64,000 nt of DNA from the human T2T-CHM13v2.0 reference genome, Homo sapiens: assembly GCF_009914755.1 (NCBI RefSeq), contig NC_060929.1; one strand, written 5' to 3'. Position 1 is the first letter of the stretch; each line of letters begins with the position of its first letter. Position numbers and translations under genes: made by a program. Under the pieces are notes generated by a model. That model was given only the letters and a program-made list of their open reading frames with translations, ran no database searches and had not been told where the DNA came from. This document shows, one piece after another, positions 10,293-22,558 of this stretch.

Positions 10293-12265
10293 CCCTCTCT
10301 AACCTTCTGCACACCCAGCCGCCCCCTCCAACCCTCTGCACACCCAGCCCCCCTCTAACCCTCTGCAAGCCCAGCCCCCACAACCCTCTGCAAGCCCAGC
10401 CCCCCTCTAACCCTCTGCACGCCCAGCCCCCCTCTAACCCTCTGCACACCCAGCCCCCCTCTAACCCTCTGCACACCCAGCCCCCCTCTAACCCTCTGCA
10501 CGCCCAGGCCCCCACAACCCTCTGCAAGCCCAGCCCCCCTCTAACCCTCTGCTCACCCAGCCCCCCTCTAACCCTCTGCACACCCAGCCCCCTTCTAACC
10601 CTCTGCTCACCCAGCCCCCTTCTAACCCTCTGCTCACCCAGCCCCCTTCTAACCCTCTGCATGCCCAGGCCCCCCTCTAACCCTCTGCACACCCAGCCCC
10701 CTTCTAACCCTCTGCTCACCCAGCCCCCTTCTAACCCTCTGCACACCCAGGCCCCCCTCTAACCCTCTGCACACCCAGCCCCCCTCTAACCCTCTGCTCA
10801 CCAAGCCCCCTTCTAACCCTCTGCACACCCAGCCCCCCTCTAACCCTCTGCTCACCCAGCCCCCTTCTAACCCTCTGCTCACCCAGCCCCCTTCTAACCC
10901 TCTGCACACCCAGGCCCCCCTCTAACCCTCTGCACACCCAGCCCCCCTCTAACCCTCTGCTCACCAAGCCCCCTTCTAACCCTCTGCACACCCAGCCCCC
11001 CTCTAACCCTCTGCTCACCCAGCCCCCTTCTAACCCTCTGCATGCCCAGGCCCCCTCTAACCCTCTGCACGCCCAGCCCCCCTCTAACCCTCTGCTCACC
11101 AAGCCCCCCTCTAACCCTCTGCATGCCCAGGCCCCCTCTAACCCTCTGCACACCCAGCCCCCTTCTAACCCTCTGCACACCCAGCCCCCTTCTAACCCTC
11201 TGCATGCCCAGCCCCCCTCTAACCCTCTGCTCACCCAGCCCCCTTCTAACCCTCTGCATGCCCAGGCCCCCTCTAACCCTCTGCACACCCAGCCCCCCTC
11301 TAACCCTCTGCACACCCAGGCCCCCCTCTAACCCTCTGCACACCCAGCCCCCCTCTAACCCTCTGCACACCCAGCCCCCCTCTAACCCTCTGCTCACCCA
11401 GCCCCCCTCTAACCCTCTGCATGCCCAGCCCCCCTCTAACCCTCTGCACGCCCAGGCCCCCTCTAACCCTCTGCACACCCAGCCCCCCTCTAACCCTCTG
11501 CTCACCCAGCCCCCCTCTAACCCTCTGCATGCCCAGCCCCCCTCTAACCCTCTGCACGCCCAGGCCCCCTCTAACCCTCTGCATGCCCAGCCCCCCTCTA
11601 ACCCTCTGCACGCCCAGCCCCCCTCTAACCCTCTGCATGCCCAGCCCCCCTCTAACCCTCTGCACACCCAGCCCCCTTCTAACCCTCTGCATGCCCAGCC
11701 CCCCTCTAACCCTCTGCTCACCCAGCCCCCCTCTAACCCTCTGCACACCCAGCCCCCCTCTAACCCTCTGCACACCCAGCCCCCCTCTAACCCTCTGCAC
11801 ACCCAGCCCCCCTCTAACCCTCTGCTCACCCAGCCCCCCTCTAACCGTCTGCACGCCCAGCCCCCCTCTAACCCTCTGCTCACCCAGCCCCCCTAACCCT
11901 CTGCTCACCCAGCCCCCCTCTAACCCTCTGCACACCCAGCCCCCCTCTAACCCTCTGCACACCCAGCCCCCCTCTAACCCTCTGCTCACCCAGCCCCCCT
12001 CTAACCCTCTGCACACCCAGCCCCCCTCTAACCCTCTGCACACCCAGCCCCCCTCTAACCCTCTGCACACCCAGACCCCCTCTAACCCTCTGCTCACCCA
12101 GCCCCCCTCTAACCCTCTGCACACCCAGCCCCCCTCTAACCCTCTGCACACCCAGCCCCCCTCTAACCCTCTGCTCACCCAGCCCCCCTCTAACCCTCTG
12201 CACACCCAGCCCCCCTCTAACCCTCTGCTCACCCAGCCACCCTCTAACCCTCTGCTCACCCAGCC
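10293..12265. repeat. 27-bp VNTR, ~73 copies (CTAACCCTCTGCACACCCAGCCCCCCT and variants) in intron 1
   Basis: Period 27 read directly; produces the 9-aa periodic pseudo-ORFs (CRGLEGGWV etc.). Confidence 0.98.
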
Positions 12266-12715
12266 GCGTCCCTTGCGCTCCCTGGCCTGGACTTGGACAT
12301 CGGCAGTCCTGGCTGCTGTGAAGGGCAGTGAGTTTTCCTCTGGCCGAGCCCTGCCTGTGTTTTGGGGATAGAGCCACTCGCCTGGGATAGCACCTCCTCC
12401 CTTGTCATTCTGCACATTCATGATGACCGGAAGGCTGAGAGGACAAACGGACACAGGGGAAAGCCTGGGCGTGCGGTGCAGGAAGGTGAGATGGGCAGGG
12501 TCCTTGCCAGGTGGCCCACAGTGTCTAACCCTCAGGGCAGGTCCCGGTGGTGCCCCTGCCCAGGCGCCATGCACCAGTGGCCTCTGCCAAGCAGGGTGAA
12601 GCGGGGGCGAGGGATGGCCCAACAACCCAGATCAGGTCTCCCCAGCCAAACCCCACCCCATGGGCCAAAGAGCAGCACCCAGATACCACGTGCCCTGAGG
12701 CAGGAGCAGGGTACA

Positions 12716-13190
12716 GACATCAACCTAACCCGGACCCGGTCCACCTCCTCCGGTGGACGGCAGAACCCAACCCGGTCCACCTCCTCTGGGGCACAGACAT
12801 CAACCCAGCCCCGACCCAGTCCACCTCCTCCGGGGGACAGCAGGGCCCGACCCGGTCCACCTCCTCTGGGGCACGGACATCAACCCAGCCCCGACCCAGT
12901 CCACCTCCTCCGGGGGACGGCAGGGCCCGACCCGGTCCACCTCCTCTGGGGCACGGACATCAACCCAGCCCCGAGCCAGTCCACCTCCTCCGGGGGACGG
13001 CAGGGCCCGACCCGGTCCACCTCCTCTGGGGCACGGACATCAACCCAGCCCCGACCCAGTCCACCTCCTCCGGGGGACGGCAGGGCCCGACCCGGTCCAC
13101 CTCCTCTGGGGCACGGACATCAACCCAGCCCCGACCCAGTCCACCTCCTCCGGGGGACGGCAGGGCCCGACCCAGTCCACCTCCTCTGGG
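12716..13190. repeat. 80-bp dimeric VNTR, ~6 copies
   Basis: GACATCAACC recurs at 12716, 12796, 12876, 12956, 13036 and 13116; each unit has two CCGACCCRGTCCACCTCCTCYGGGG subunits. Confidence 0.97.
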
Positions 13191-14454
13191 GGAAGGCAGG
13201 CATCCTCAGCGGGTCAGAGGATTGATCCCAGTTCCGGCCAGGACACAGAATGAGCCATGGTACCGACCTCCACAAAACTCGCCTCCCCTCCCTCCTCCCG
13301 AAGACAAACCCGTTTCTGACTTATCTCCACATTTAAGGGCTGAAATGCTGAACTCACTTCACAGAAGCCCTGTAAAGGCCGGCTCCTTTCACATTGTACA
13401 TCACAGCCGTGGCCTGCCCACCACAGCTTAGAAAGGCTGACTCGGGAATCTCAGTTTGCGCCAAGCTCATGGTCTCCCCAAAACCAAGTGCAGCAAAACT
13501 CGGGACACCTTAAAACCAGCGATAGGAACGGCCCCTTCACAAACACCACGGTCCCCTCCGGCGGGTGTACGGGGCAGGAGTGCGCAGGGGAATTCCGGGG
13601 TCCCCCAGGCCTGGCCCGCCCCACTTCGCAACCTGAGGGCGCATGACCGTTACTGTTATCACTGAAAAAAGCGACTCATAAGGCTTTAAAAGGAGGCTAC
13701 TTCAGCCAGTAGCATCCAGGGCGAGAAGAAGAAGGCATGGCATTTCAACCCTCTCCTCCTACCCGGCCGGGCTGGGCTCCCACACGCCTCGGAAGAGAAG
13801 AGCGAGGCAGCCGCTCAGGAATTTCCCCTTAAAGGAGACTCAGGCGGGTGTCTGCAAATAGCTCACGAAGCCCGTGAATCATCCACGAATGTCCCTCACC
13901 CTCGGGCGGCACCGGGACGGCAGGGGCTGGTACCCTCCGCGCCGCCTGATGAGGCTTGTACGGTGCTCCATTCTGCAGACACGCCGTCGGAATTAAAAAT
14001 CCACAGGACCCGGCCAGAGTCACTGGGAAAGAAGCCCATGTAAAGGCCGCCTGGCCCCTGGGCCACCCGCAGCCGCCTGTCATCTATCTTTCCACAGCCT
14101 TTCAAAGGCTCGATGGTCTCGCAGCAGCCCCCAGGTGCCCTGGGTTACTCCACAGCACAGCAGGCCCCAAAGGCAAGCCCATCTGCGGATCCGACAGTGG
14201 GAACCAAAACCAAACGAGGCTCCAGAAGCCTGGCTGGGGCGGGAAAGGAAGGTGAGCTGCGCTCGTGGGTAACAGAGGAGGAAGACGGCGCCCTCGGGGA
14301 GACCGCGCCAAGTGCTGTTGACGCGTGTGCCCAGACGCCGCATGCAGGGAGGGCGCCTGTCCTCTGGGGTCTTCCTCCCCGAAACACTCAGCTGCAGGCT
14401 AACCACGAGAGAAAACACCAGACACCTCCCAACTGAGGGGCATTCTCTAAAAAG

Positions 14455-14610
14455 GACCAGGACTCCCCAAAACTGCCACAGTCGTCAAAAAAAGAAAGTC
14501 CGAGAAACCGTCACAGCCAAGAGGAGCCCGAGGCAGCGTGGGAACTTGGTGTCTGTCACGTTGGATCCCGGATGTGTCCTGGGACAGAAAAGCACACCCG
14601 GGAAGAGGCA
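14455..14610 (+). mobile_element. Old L1 (L1MC-type) 3' UTR fragment
   Basis: CAAAACTG...GAAAGTCCGAGAAACCGTCACAGCCAAGAGGAG...GGATCCCGGATG...CCTGGGACAGAAAAG resembles an L1MC 3' UTR. Confidence 0.5.
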
Positions 14611-16550
14611 GTGAAACATGAGCCTGCAGGGATGTGGCTCTGCATGGTGACCACCCACCAGGAGCCCTCGACGAGCTGAGCCCCGCACCCATGGCCAGCT
14701 CCCCCACAGCTGTGTGCGCTGCCCTCCTGCTCCGTCCATCCCAACATCTTCCCAGCTCTGGGAACAGCCCCGGCCTCGGCCCGCCTCGTACCTGGGAACA
14801 GCCTGTTTCAGCGCCCTCTCCCCAGAGGCCCCTCCTCGCTCACCTGCCCCGAGCGGCCCTAAGCAGCTGGCACTGGGTGGACTGCCCTGCCCACCTGCAC
14901 TGGGACAGGGCCTTGGTCACTGTCACCGGTGCCCGTCCCTCCAGGTTTAAAGCAGTTCCAGCAGCAGCTCTGCTCACAGCTTGTCTGGTGCCTTCATGAA
15001 CCCCATGCACCAGGCTGACCTATCCCCAGGGGCCAGGGTCTCAACAGAACCTGCCCCAAGCAGACGTGCCCGGGACTGACAGCGTCTGGCCAGCAGGCCC
15101 GACCTGGGTCCAGGCCCCAGAACCACAGCCTCTGGTGGGTCCCTGAGACCTTGGAGGAGCCCTCCCAATAGCCAGCAAAGGCCGACAGCCGCTGGTGGAG
15201 AACCAGCAACACCAGGCTGACCAATGCTGCCCTCCTCCTCAGCCATGAAGGCGGCGAGGTCAAGCCCTGGCCTGAAGAACTGGCCACAAGTTAGTTTTTT
15301 CTCGTCTTATTTTTTCTACCTCTTCATTTTATTATAAAAACGACCCCAGGTAAGCAAGTGGGCAGACACCCTGTGCAGCCCTATGGGTGCTAGCTGTCCA
15401 CGCACAGATCCGCCCCACACAGCCCTGGTCTGATGCATGTCATGGCACACAGTGGCCACCACTGCCCCGACCCCCCTCCACCCCCCGACACTAAGCAGCC
15501 TTGTGGCCCTCCGGAGCCGCTTTGCTGAGTTTTCTCTGGCTGCAGCCGCCTGGGCAAGAGAACGTCTATCTGCTGAGCATTAACAAAGGCCTGCCCCTGC
15601 TCACCGGACCTACCAAGAGCCTCCCACCACTTCCCCAGCTCCCTCCCTGCCAAGCCCCCCAGCCACAGAGGCAACCTCCGGTCTGTTTTTCACTCTAGGT
15701 TAGTTTTCCAGACACCTTATCAACAAAGTGAATGCAGACCCTGTGGTCAGTAAGCAGATCCTGATGGGCTGGGCCCTTGGGGAACAGCCTCCTGGGCTTG
15801 TCCAACCAGGCTGTGTCCCCACCCCGAGAGGGAAGGAGGCGGCTGCAGGTGGAAGGGCAAAGACCAGACACACGAGTGTCCCGGCCAGAGGAGGGGCAGC
15901 CCCTCCAGCCAGAGAGGCAGTGAGAGTGTGTGTGTCAGATCCCTGACCCATCCCGATCCAGGCCTGGGAAGTGCGTTCATGGGTAGTTTCTGCAGGGAGA
16001 AGCTGGCTCACCTCCCTAATCGGCCCTAATCCCCTCTGAGATCACAATGCCTCCATCAGCCTCCCTATCTCCAGGCACAACCTCCTCCCTTTCTCAGTGG
16101 CTCATCCCTCCCCCTCTTCCTCCCGCGTTTTGGGATTTTACAGCCATTCTCCGCAAAGGGCTCTAGGAACGTCCTCTTAGACTCAGCCTCAGCCGGAAGC
16201 AGCTGACAGGCAGGAGGGGCTGTGAAGCTGAAGCCAGGTCCGACAGCCTCCGCCCCTTCCTGCCCTCCAGCGTGGGTGGTCCGTCCAGCTACCCAGCCCT
16301 GCAGAGCAGTGGCGGGTGGCACCGGACCTGTGCACACAGAGAGGCGCCGGGCCTGGGGCAGGGGACAAGCAAGTCCAGGCTTCCCGGCTCCCTGCACTCG
16401 AGGAGGTTCTCAGGCCTGGCTCTGTGTGTCCCCTGGGTCCAGCAGGCCACCCTCCCCTGGAGCCACAGGGGACTCACAGCAGAATGAGTCCCACCTGGTG
16501 ACCCAGTGGCATCAGCTCACGTGGCCTCTGGGGACAGCCCGAGACTGAAT

Positions 16551-16672
16551 GGACCCAGGAGCACCCCCCACCCAACCCCACTGCCTGGAGGCTGAGTTCC
16601 CTGTGAAGGCGCGAGGACCCAGGAACACTCCCAACCCCACTGCCTGGAGGCTGGGCTCCCTGTGAAGGTGCC
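16551..16672. repeat. ~64-bp tandem duplication (2 copies)
   Basis: GGACCCAGGA...CCCAACCCCACTGCCTGGAGGCTG...CCCTGTGAAGG at 16551 and 16615. Confidence 0.88.
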
Positions 16673-17084
16673 GGGCACTGAAATAAAGTGTGTTTAGGTT
16701 CCAGGATCCGAACGCCAGCTGACGACCCCTGGCCCTTGCCCTCCCTCTGCCCCTCACAGTTTGTGCTGTGTGGGCCCCTAAAATCTAGAAACTGAGGCTC
16801 TCAAGGGGCACAGGATGAGAACGGCCCAGTGTTCAGGCTGGGACACGGGGGGCTTCAGGCAAGCTCTCAGGCTTCCAGCACAAGTTTCTGGCTAAAGCAG
16901 CGCTGCCTTCTGAGGGAAAAACAGGCCCTTCATCACCCATTCCCGAAGTGACCTCATCCCAACAGTCTGTGCAGACACCACCGCCAGTATCCTGTAAACC
17001 AGGAGAGCGCCGGGAGATCCCAGCTCACCGTCAGAGGCACTGGAAGCAAGGAAGCCTGGCTGGAAGGTCCTGGCAAGCTATGGC

Positions 17085-17385
17085 CAGACACACATGAACA
17101 CACGCCACAGAAAATATACACTCACATGCACAGAGACATGCATGTGTACACATGCACAGACAGGCACTTCCACGTGCACACGCAAACTTGCTCACACGGA
17201 AGACACTCTCCATACCCATACTCACACGCTTCCCCCCTCATTCATACACACAACACTCACCTCGCAAACCTGCACACGCACCTGTCCTCACATGTGCATA
17301 CCCATACCCGCAGTCACATACACACACCAACACCCGCACATACACGTGTACACACACACATACCTGCAGCACACACATCTGCACA
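17085..17385. repeat. Degenerate CA-rich low-complexity tract
   Basis: Direct read. Confidence 0.8.
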
Positions 17386-18611
17386 AAGTCCCAGGGGCTA
17401 CAGCCCCCAGACTGCACGACCCACGGGGCGGGGTGCCCAGGACACAGGCATGCACTGGGACTACAGCCCTTCCATCTAAAGGACACGCCTGCTCGCGGGA
17501 AGGTGGCCTCGGGTGAACTCACTTCCCGAACCCTCTGTCACGTGGCTGTTTGCTGGTCCTGGTCCAGCCTCCTCCCTCAGCAGCCAGAGTGACGTCTGAG
17601 CCATGGAGGGGCCGTGGGGTCCCCTAGTTCCAGAGACTCGGGGCCCAGGCAGCCTGCAGGAGCAGAGATGAAGGAAGGCGGGAGAGGCAGGGCCCCCAGC
17701 GCACCTGCCAGGCCCTCCCAGGGCGGCTCCTGTTACAGGCTGCCTCTGGGCTGCGGTCGGGGACCCTTGGCGGCATGGAGGGGACCCAGGAGGGGCCTGG
17801 CCTGGCGCACTTCCCTCCTCCGATTTCCACTCCACTCAATCCCTCCCCAGTGACTGCCCAGGGCGTCTCTGAGCCTCCCTGAAAGCCCAGGCCCGACCCG
17901 CTGGCGCCAGAGGTCTGCAGACAGAGCCAAGGAGATGAGAGGTCACAGCCACCGCCACCCTCGTGACAGGCTGGCTCCTGCCAAGGGAAACTGAGGCACA
18001 GAGCAAATGTTCAAGGATCACTTTAACAACCTCCTCCCGGCTGCACGTCTGCAAGGTGGACATCCCCTGTGCACGGGACTTAAATGGACAGGAACGCTGG
18101 GAGGGCCAGCGGGGCTACCCCACCATGAGGACAGCTCCAGGCCATGGCAGACACACAAACCAGGCATGCCAACCAAGCACACGGGCATGCTGCGTGCGGC
18201 TATCCATGGCCAGCCTTGGGCTCAGGTCCCAGCCCCCAAACTTCCCAGAGCCACTGTAACCACTACAGTGGATGGCAATCTGACTCCAGGGGTCAACACA
18301 GGCCTGGGCGGGGCCCACTCTCATCCCGGACCCCAGGACCACTCCCCACAGAGCCGAGGCCCACCGGGGGGTGCGTGTGGGGTGCGTGTGGGGTGCTGCC
18401 CAAGAAAACCCCAGAACGCAGGAAACAAACCACCCCAGGTCCACACGTGATTCAGAAGCAGCACTCTCCTCCCCACAACTGTTTCCTCAAAAAGACACCG
18501 CCCAAGGGGAGAGCGGAAACAGGCACGGGCTGGCAGGATGGGGGCCCACGTCACAGCCCAGGGCCGCAAGCACCACTCGGACCCCGAGACCCCTGCAACG
18601 GCAGCACACGC

Positions 18612-19150
18612 CCCTCCCCGCAGGGGTGAGGTCCTGCAGTCACCCACCAGCCAAAAGGGACCCTCCCCGCAGGGGTGAGGTCCTGCAGTCACCCACCAGT
18701 CAAAAGGACCCTCCCCGAAGGAATGAGGTCCTGCAGTCACCCACCAGCCAAAGAGGAGCCTCCCCGCAGGGATGAGGTCCTGCAGTCACCCACCAGCCAA
18801 AGGGGACCCTCCCCGCAGGGATGAGGTCCTGCAGTCACCCACCAGTCAAAAGGACCCTCCCCGCAGGGATGAGGTCCTGCAGTCACCCACCAGCCAAAGG
18901 GGACCCTCCCCGCAGGGATGAGGTCCTGCAGTCACCCACCAGCCAAAGGGAACCCTCCCCGCAGGGGTTAGGTCCTGCAGTCACCCACCAGTCAAAAGGA
19001 CCCTCCCCGCAGGGATGAGGTCCTGCAGTCACCCACCAGCCAAAGGGGACCCTCCCTGCAGGGATGAGGTCCTGCAGTCGCCCACCAGCCAAAAGGACCC
19101 TCCCCACAGGGATGAGGTCCTGCAGTCACCCACCAGCCAAAGGGGACCCT
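18612..19150. repeat. 48/49-bp VNTR, 11 copies (CCCTCCCCGCAGGGATGAGGTCCTGCAGTCACCCACCAGCCAAAGGGGA)
   Basis: Unit starts at 18612, 18661, 18709, 18758, 18807, 18855, 18904, 18953, 19001, 19050 and 19098. Confidence 0.97.
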
Positions 19151-19788
19151 GCCGTGGGCCTGCCCCCCGGCACTCCCGGCCAGAGGCTCCAGGACCCTTG
19201 GGGAGTCAGCGGCCACAAACAGGGGAAGAGGCAGGGCCTGGACAGCATGGCCAGCCAGGCAGCTCATCGTTCAGGAGCTCATCGTTCAGGCTGCTGCGCT
19301 GAAGCCAGAGGTTTATCTGCACAGAACAGGCCTCTGCCCCCAAAAGGGAGTTTCCCCTTTCTTCATAAAGGAAAGGTATTAACCCTTTGTGCTCTGCCCT
19401 TGTCCCTGGGCAGCACTTCCCCAGCATCTGAGAAGGAAGGCCAAAGGAGACCAGCCCCCCATGTCAGTTACCAGGAGGGCCCCCAGCCAGCTGCTCACCA
19501 GGCCCCAGACACCCCCAGCCCAGCCCACTGCCCTGAAGACCAGCTGGTCCACTCCTGAATGCCGTCCACGCCCAGCCCCACTGGGCTCCACGGGGTTCCC
19601 ATGCCCCACAGTGGGAGGGGGAGGTCTACCCCTCAAGGCCCTGGCGGGCCTCACACTCCCCAGCACCCAGGGACTCCTGCCCCACCCACCACACGGCCGT
19701 CACAAAATGACTCTGGGATCCACCCTCAGAAACACTCAGCTGATGGAGCCGGTTGAAATCAAAAGCACCCAGCCAGGAACTGTGGTTA

Positions 19789-20223
<435 letters not shown>

Positions 20224-20489
20224 TCACAGACGCCATCCATCCCTGGGGTGTCGGCTCCACTCGTGCCCTTCACAGCTGGGGGGTCACCCTGGGCTGACCT
20301 CCACTCCCAGTGCTGTGCCCAGCGGTGCCACGTCGGGATGTGTCTGCAGTGCCCAAGGACAGCAGCCCTGGGAAGGCTCCCTGGTCCAAGGTATGAAAGG
20401 AAAACAGGATCTCGGGACCCAAACACACTAAGCCACAGGCAAGAGTCAGGCTGGGAACCGGGTCACGCAAGCTGCCTTCCATTTTCTTC

Positions 20490-21009
20490 CTGTGTAGAAA
20501 GCTGCAGGCCTCCCTCATATTTTAGGACCCACAGGATCCTTACACTAAAGCAGTTGTGATGAAACTCACACTGACGGTGGAAATGACAGCTCATCCTCAC
20601 GGGTGTGGGACCAAGGACAGAACCAGGAGTTGCTGCTCTGCTCGCCGGAGGCAAACGCACACCTCACTGCTTCGCCCACCCTGTACTGACTGTGTCGAAG
20701 GTAAATGTGCAGAGTCACTAAGCGTGAGCCGTGAGGGGTTCTTCCTTTACCCCCATGTGTAACACACGGGTTCAGTGAACGCTGATCAAACGCTGCCTGC
20801 CTCTTATCTGCCCTCCCTCTTCTTTCTCTTTCTTTCTTCCCCTAATACTCACGCTTTACTCTCTGAATATTCAAGTTCTCAGCCTTCTTTGAGAAGAAAA
20901 GCCGGACCACAGGAGTTCCCCGTGGTTCTGTGTTAGGCGTAGCCTTAACCTCGGCAAATAAACCTCTCAAGTGATTGAGGCCCACCTGGGTCGCTTTCTG
21001 TGCTTTACA
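20490..21009 (+). mobile_element. ERV1 solo LTR, MER34/MER39-like (5' boundary uncertain)
   Basis: Typical MER4-group 3' end CCTTAACCTCGGCAAATAAACCTCTCAAGTGATTGAG...TTTACA; internal GGTTCAGTGAACGCTGATCAAA. Confidence 0.6.
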
Positions 21010-21699
21010 AAGGCCACCCATCCCCCATGCAGGAGCCTGGGCCATCTGGGAATCCCTGGGTCAGGTCCAGGGAGCTGTGTAGGACGTGGCCCCACGTCCA
21101 AAGGGCAGAGGCCCTGACAGAGGTGGCCTCACTCCACGGCCCACTCACTGCCGGGCATGAGGGGAGGACAGCCCCCAACTCACCCTCAGGGTCCCTCAGG
21201 TGCCTCTGCTTGACTCCAGCCACCACCTGGCAAGGTCTCCGACATTCACCGATCCCCAGCAAACCTGTGTGACTTCGGCCCCGACCAGCCGCCCTGCACC
21301 CAGGCCTGAGCACCTGGCCCTCCCCTTGGCACCACCTTCCCGACAGCCATCCAGACCACGGGAGAGGCACTGAGAAAGCCACGCACTCTAAGAAGGGGAT
21401 CTGGTGTCCAACGCTAGACAGAAAACCACCGTGGAATCCGTTTGGCCTCGCCCACTCAGAGAAGCCTGGGGAGCTTTGCAGAAGAGGAAACCATGAACCT
21501 GAGTCCACGAGGCAAAGGTCTCCTCATATGATCAGAGGCCCAGGAGCAGGTTCAGACCTGAACACGAGGCCACACCAGGAGAGGGAGCCCCTCACCACTC
21601 ACTGATGGGCCTAGACCAGGGGGAGGGAACGGATACCCAACACCCAACACCGCGTGACCCTCTGCTGTGGAGGAAGCCCCAGCCCCTCTCTACCTGCCA

Positions 21700-21885
21700 C
21701 AGCATACAAACACACACATACACACACACACGTGAGCATGCCCACAGCACACAGCTGTGCAAGAGCACAGTACACATGTATGCACACGTGTGTACATATA
21801 TGTGCACATATACACAGTGCAAGCACATGGCTCACACGTGGATACACCTGCACGCTCACAAGGCACATAGGTGCCCGCACACATG
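21700..21885. repeat. Degenerate CA/TG-rich low-complexity tract
   Basis: Direct read. Confidence 0.8.
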
Positions 21886-22179
21886 GACCCGGCCAGCTGA
21901 CCTAAAGCACCATGCTTTACCGCATGCCTGCTAAGGAGAGCCTCTTGCCGGGAGACAGCCTGGGAGTATGTCAGGCGCAGGAGGAAGCACAGGCCCCGGC
22001 CTGGATGCCCAGCAGCCACGGCGTTCCTGTGTATCTTGTTTCCTTTGGTTTTAAAAAGGGAACTCGATACACAAAATGCATGTCTTGTAGCCTCCCTGCC
22101 TGCTCACCACATACCCATGACCTTCCGTTCCCGCAACGCAGTGCCCAGCTGCTGCAGGGGCTCCCGGGCACAGCCGCGG

Positions 22180-22558
22180 GGTCAACAGCCTGCCTGTCCC
22201 TCCTGCTCCGACTGCCTCCCATGTCCGTGTCGGGAACGCCCTCCTGAAATCTGGGCACAACGAGAGCTCTCTGTCCCTACTCGGCAGGACAGAACCTGGA
22301 CGCTCTGTGTGTGGTCCCCCTATCTAATGCGTGATCCCCCAAGTCCCTGCATCCCCAAAGGGGACCCCAGATCAGCACGACCGGCGTGCACCGTCTCGCC
22401 ATTCCCAAGGGCAGTGCAGAGCATGGCACCCAGCACCCGACAGGCGAGGACGGCCCAGGACAAAGCGGCAGCTCTAGCTGTCCTCAGATTTTGGGAGGGG
22501 GCTCCCAACACGGACACGGGAGGTAGTTGGAGCAGGAGGGACGGGCAGGCCACTGACC
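22180..22558. repeat. Inverted repeat: 80-bp arms at 22180-22259 and 22479-22558, 219-nt spacer
   Basis: Manual ungapped alignment gives 66/80 identity between arm 1 and the reverse complement of arm 2. Confidence 0.9.

Noticed and set aside
10293-12265. Canonical interstitial telomere (TTAGGG)n or PRDM9 motif in the 27-mer
   Set aside because: No tandem TTAGGG hexamers, only one 8-9 nt telomere-like core per unit; the best PRDM9 alignment of the common unit misses 2 of 8 fixed positions.
10279-12625. Long ORFs (up to 441 aa) with 9-aa periodicity
   Set aside because: Translations of the 27-bp VNTR, open in several frames on both strands; intronic, with no splice or Kozak support.
12362-13431. 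287/294/166-aa ORFs
   Set aside because: Products of the stop-free 80-bp VNTR.
16682-16687. AATAAA followed by GT-rich sequence on the + strand
   Set aside because: Isolated hexamer antisense to the gene, with no supporting transcript structure.
18612-19150. CRISPR-like appearance of the regular arrays (also 12716-13190 and 50005-50765)
   Set aside because: Head-to-tail repeats without unique spacers, no cas genes, and a mammalian context.
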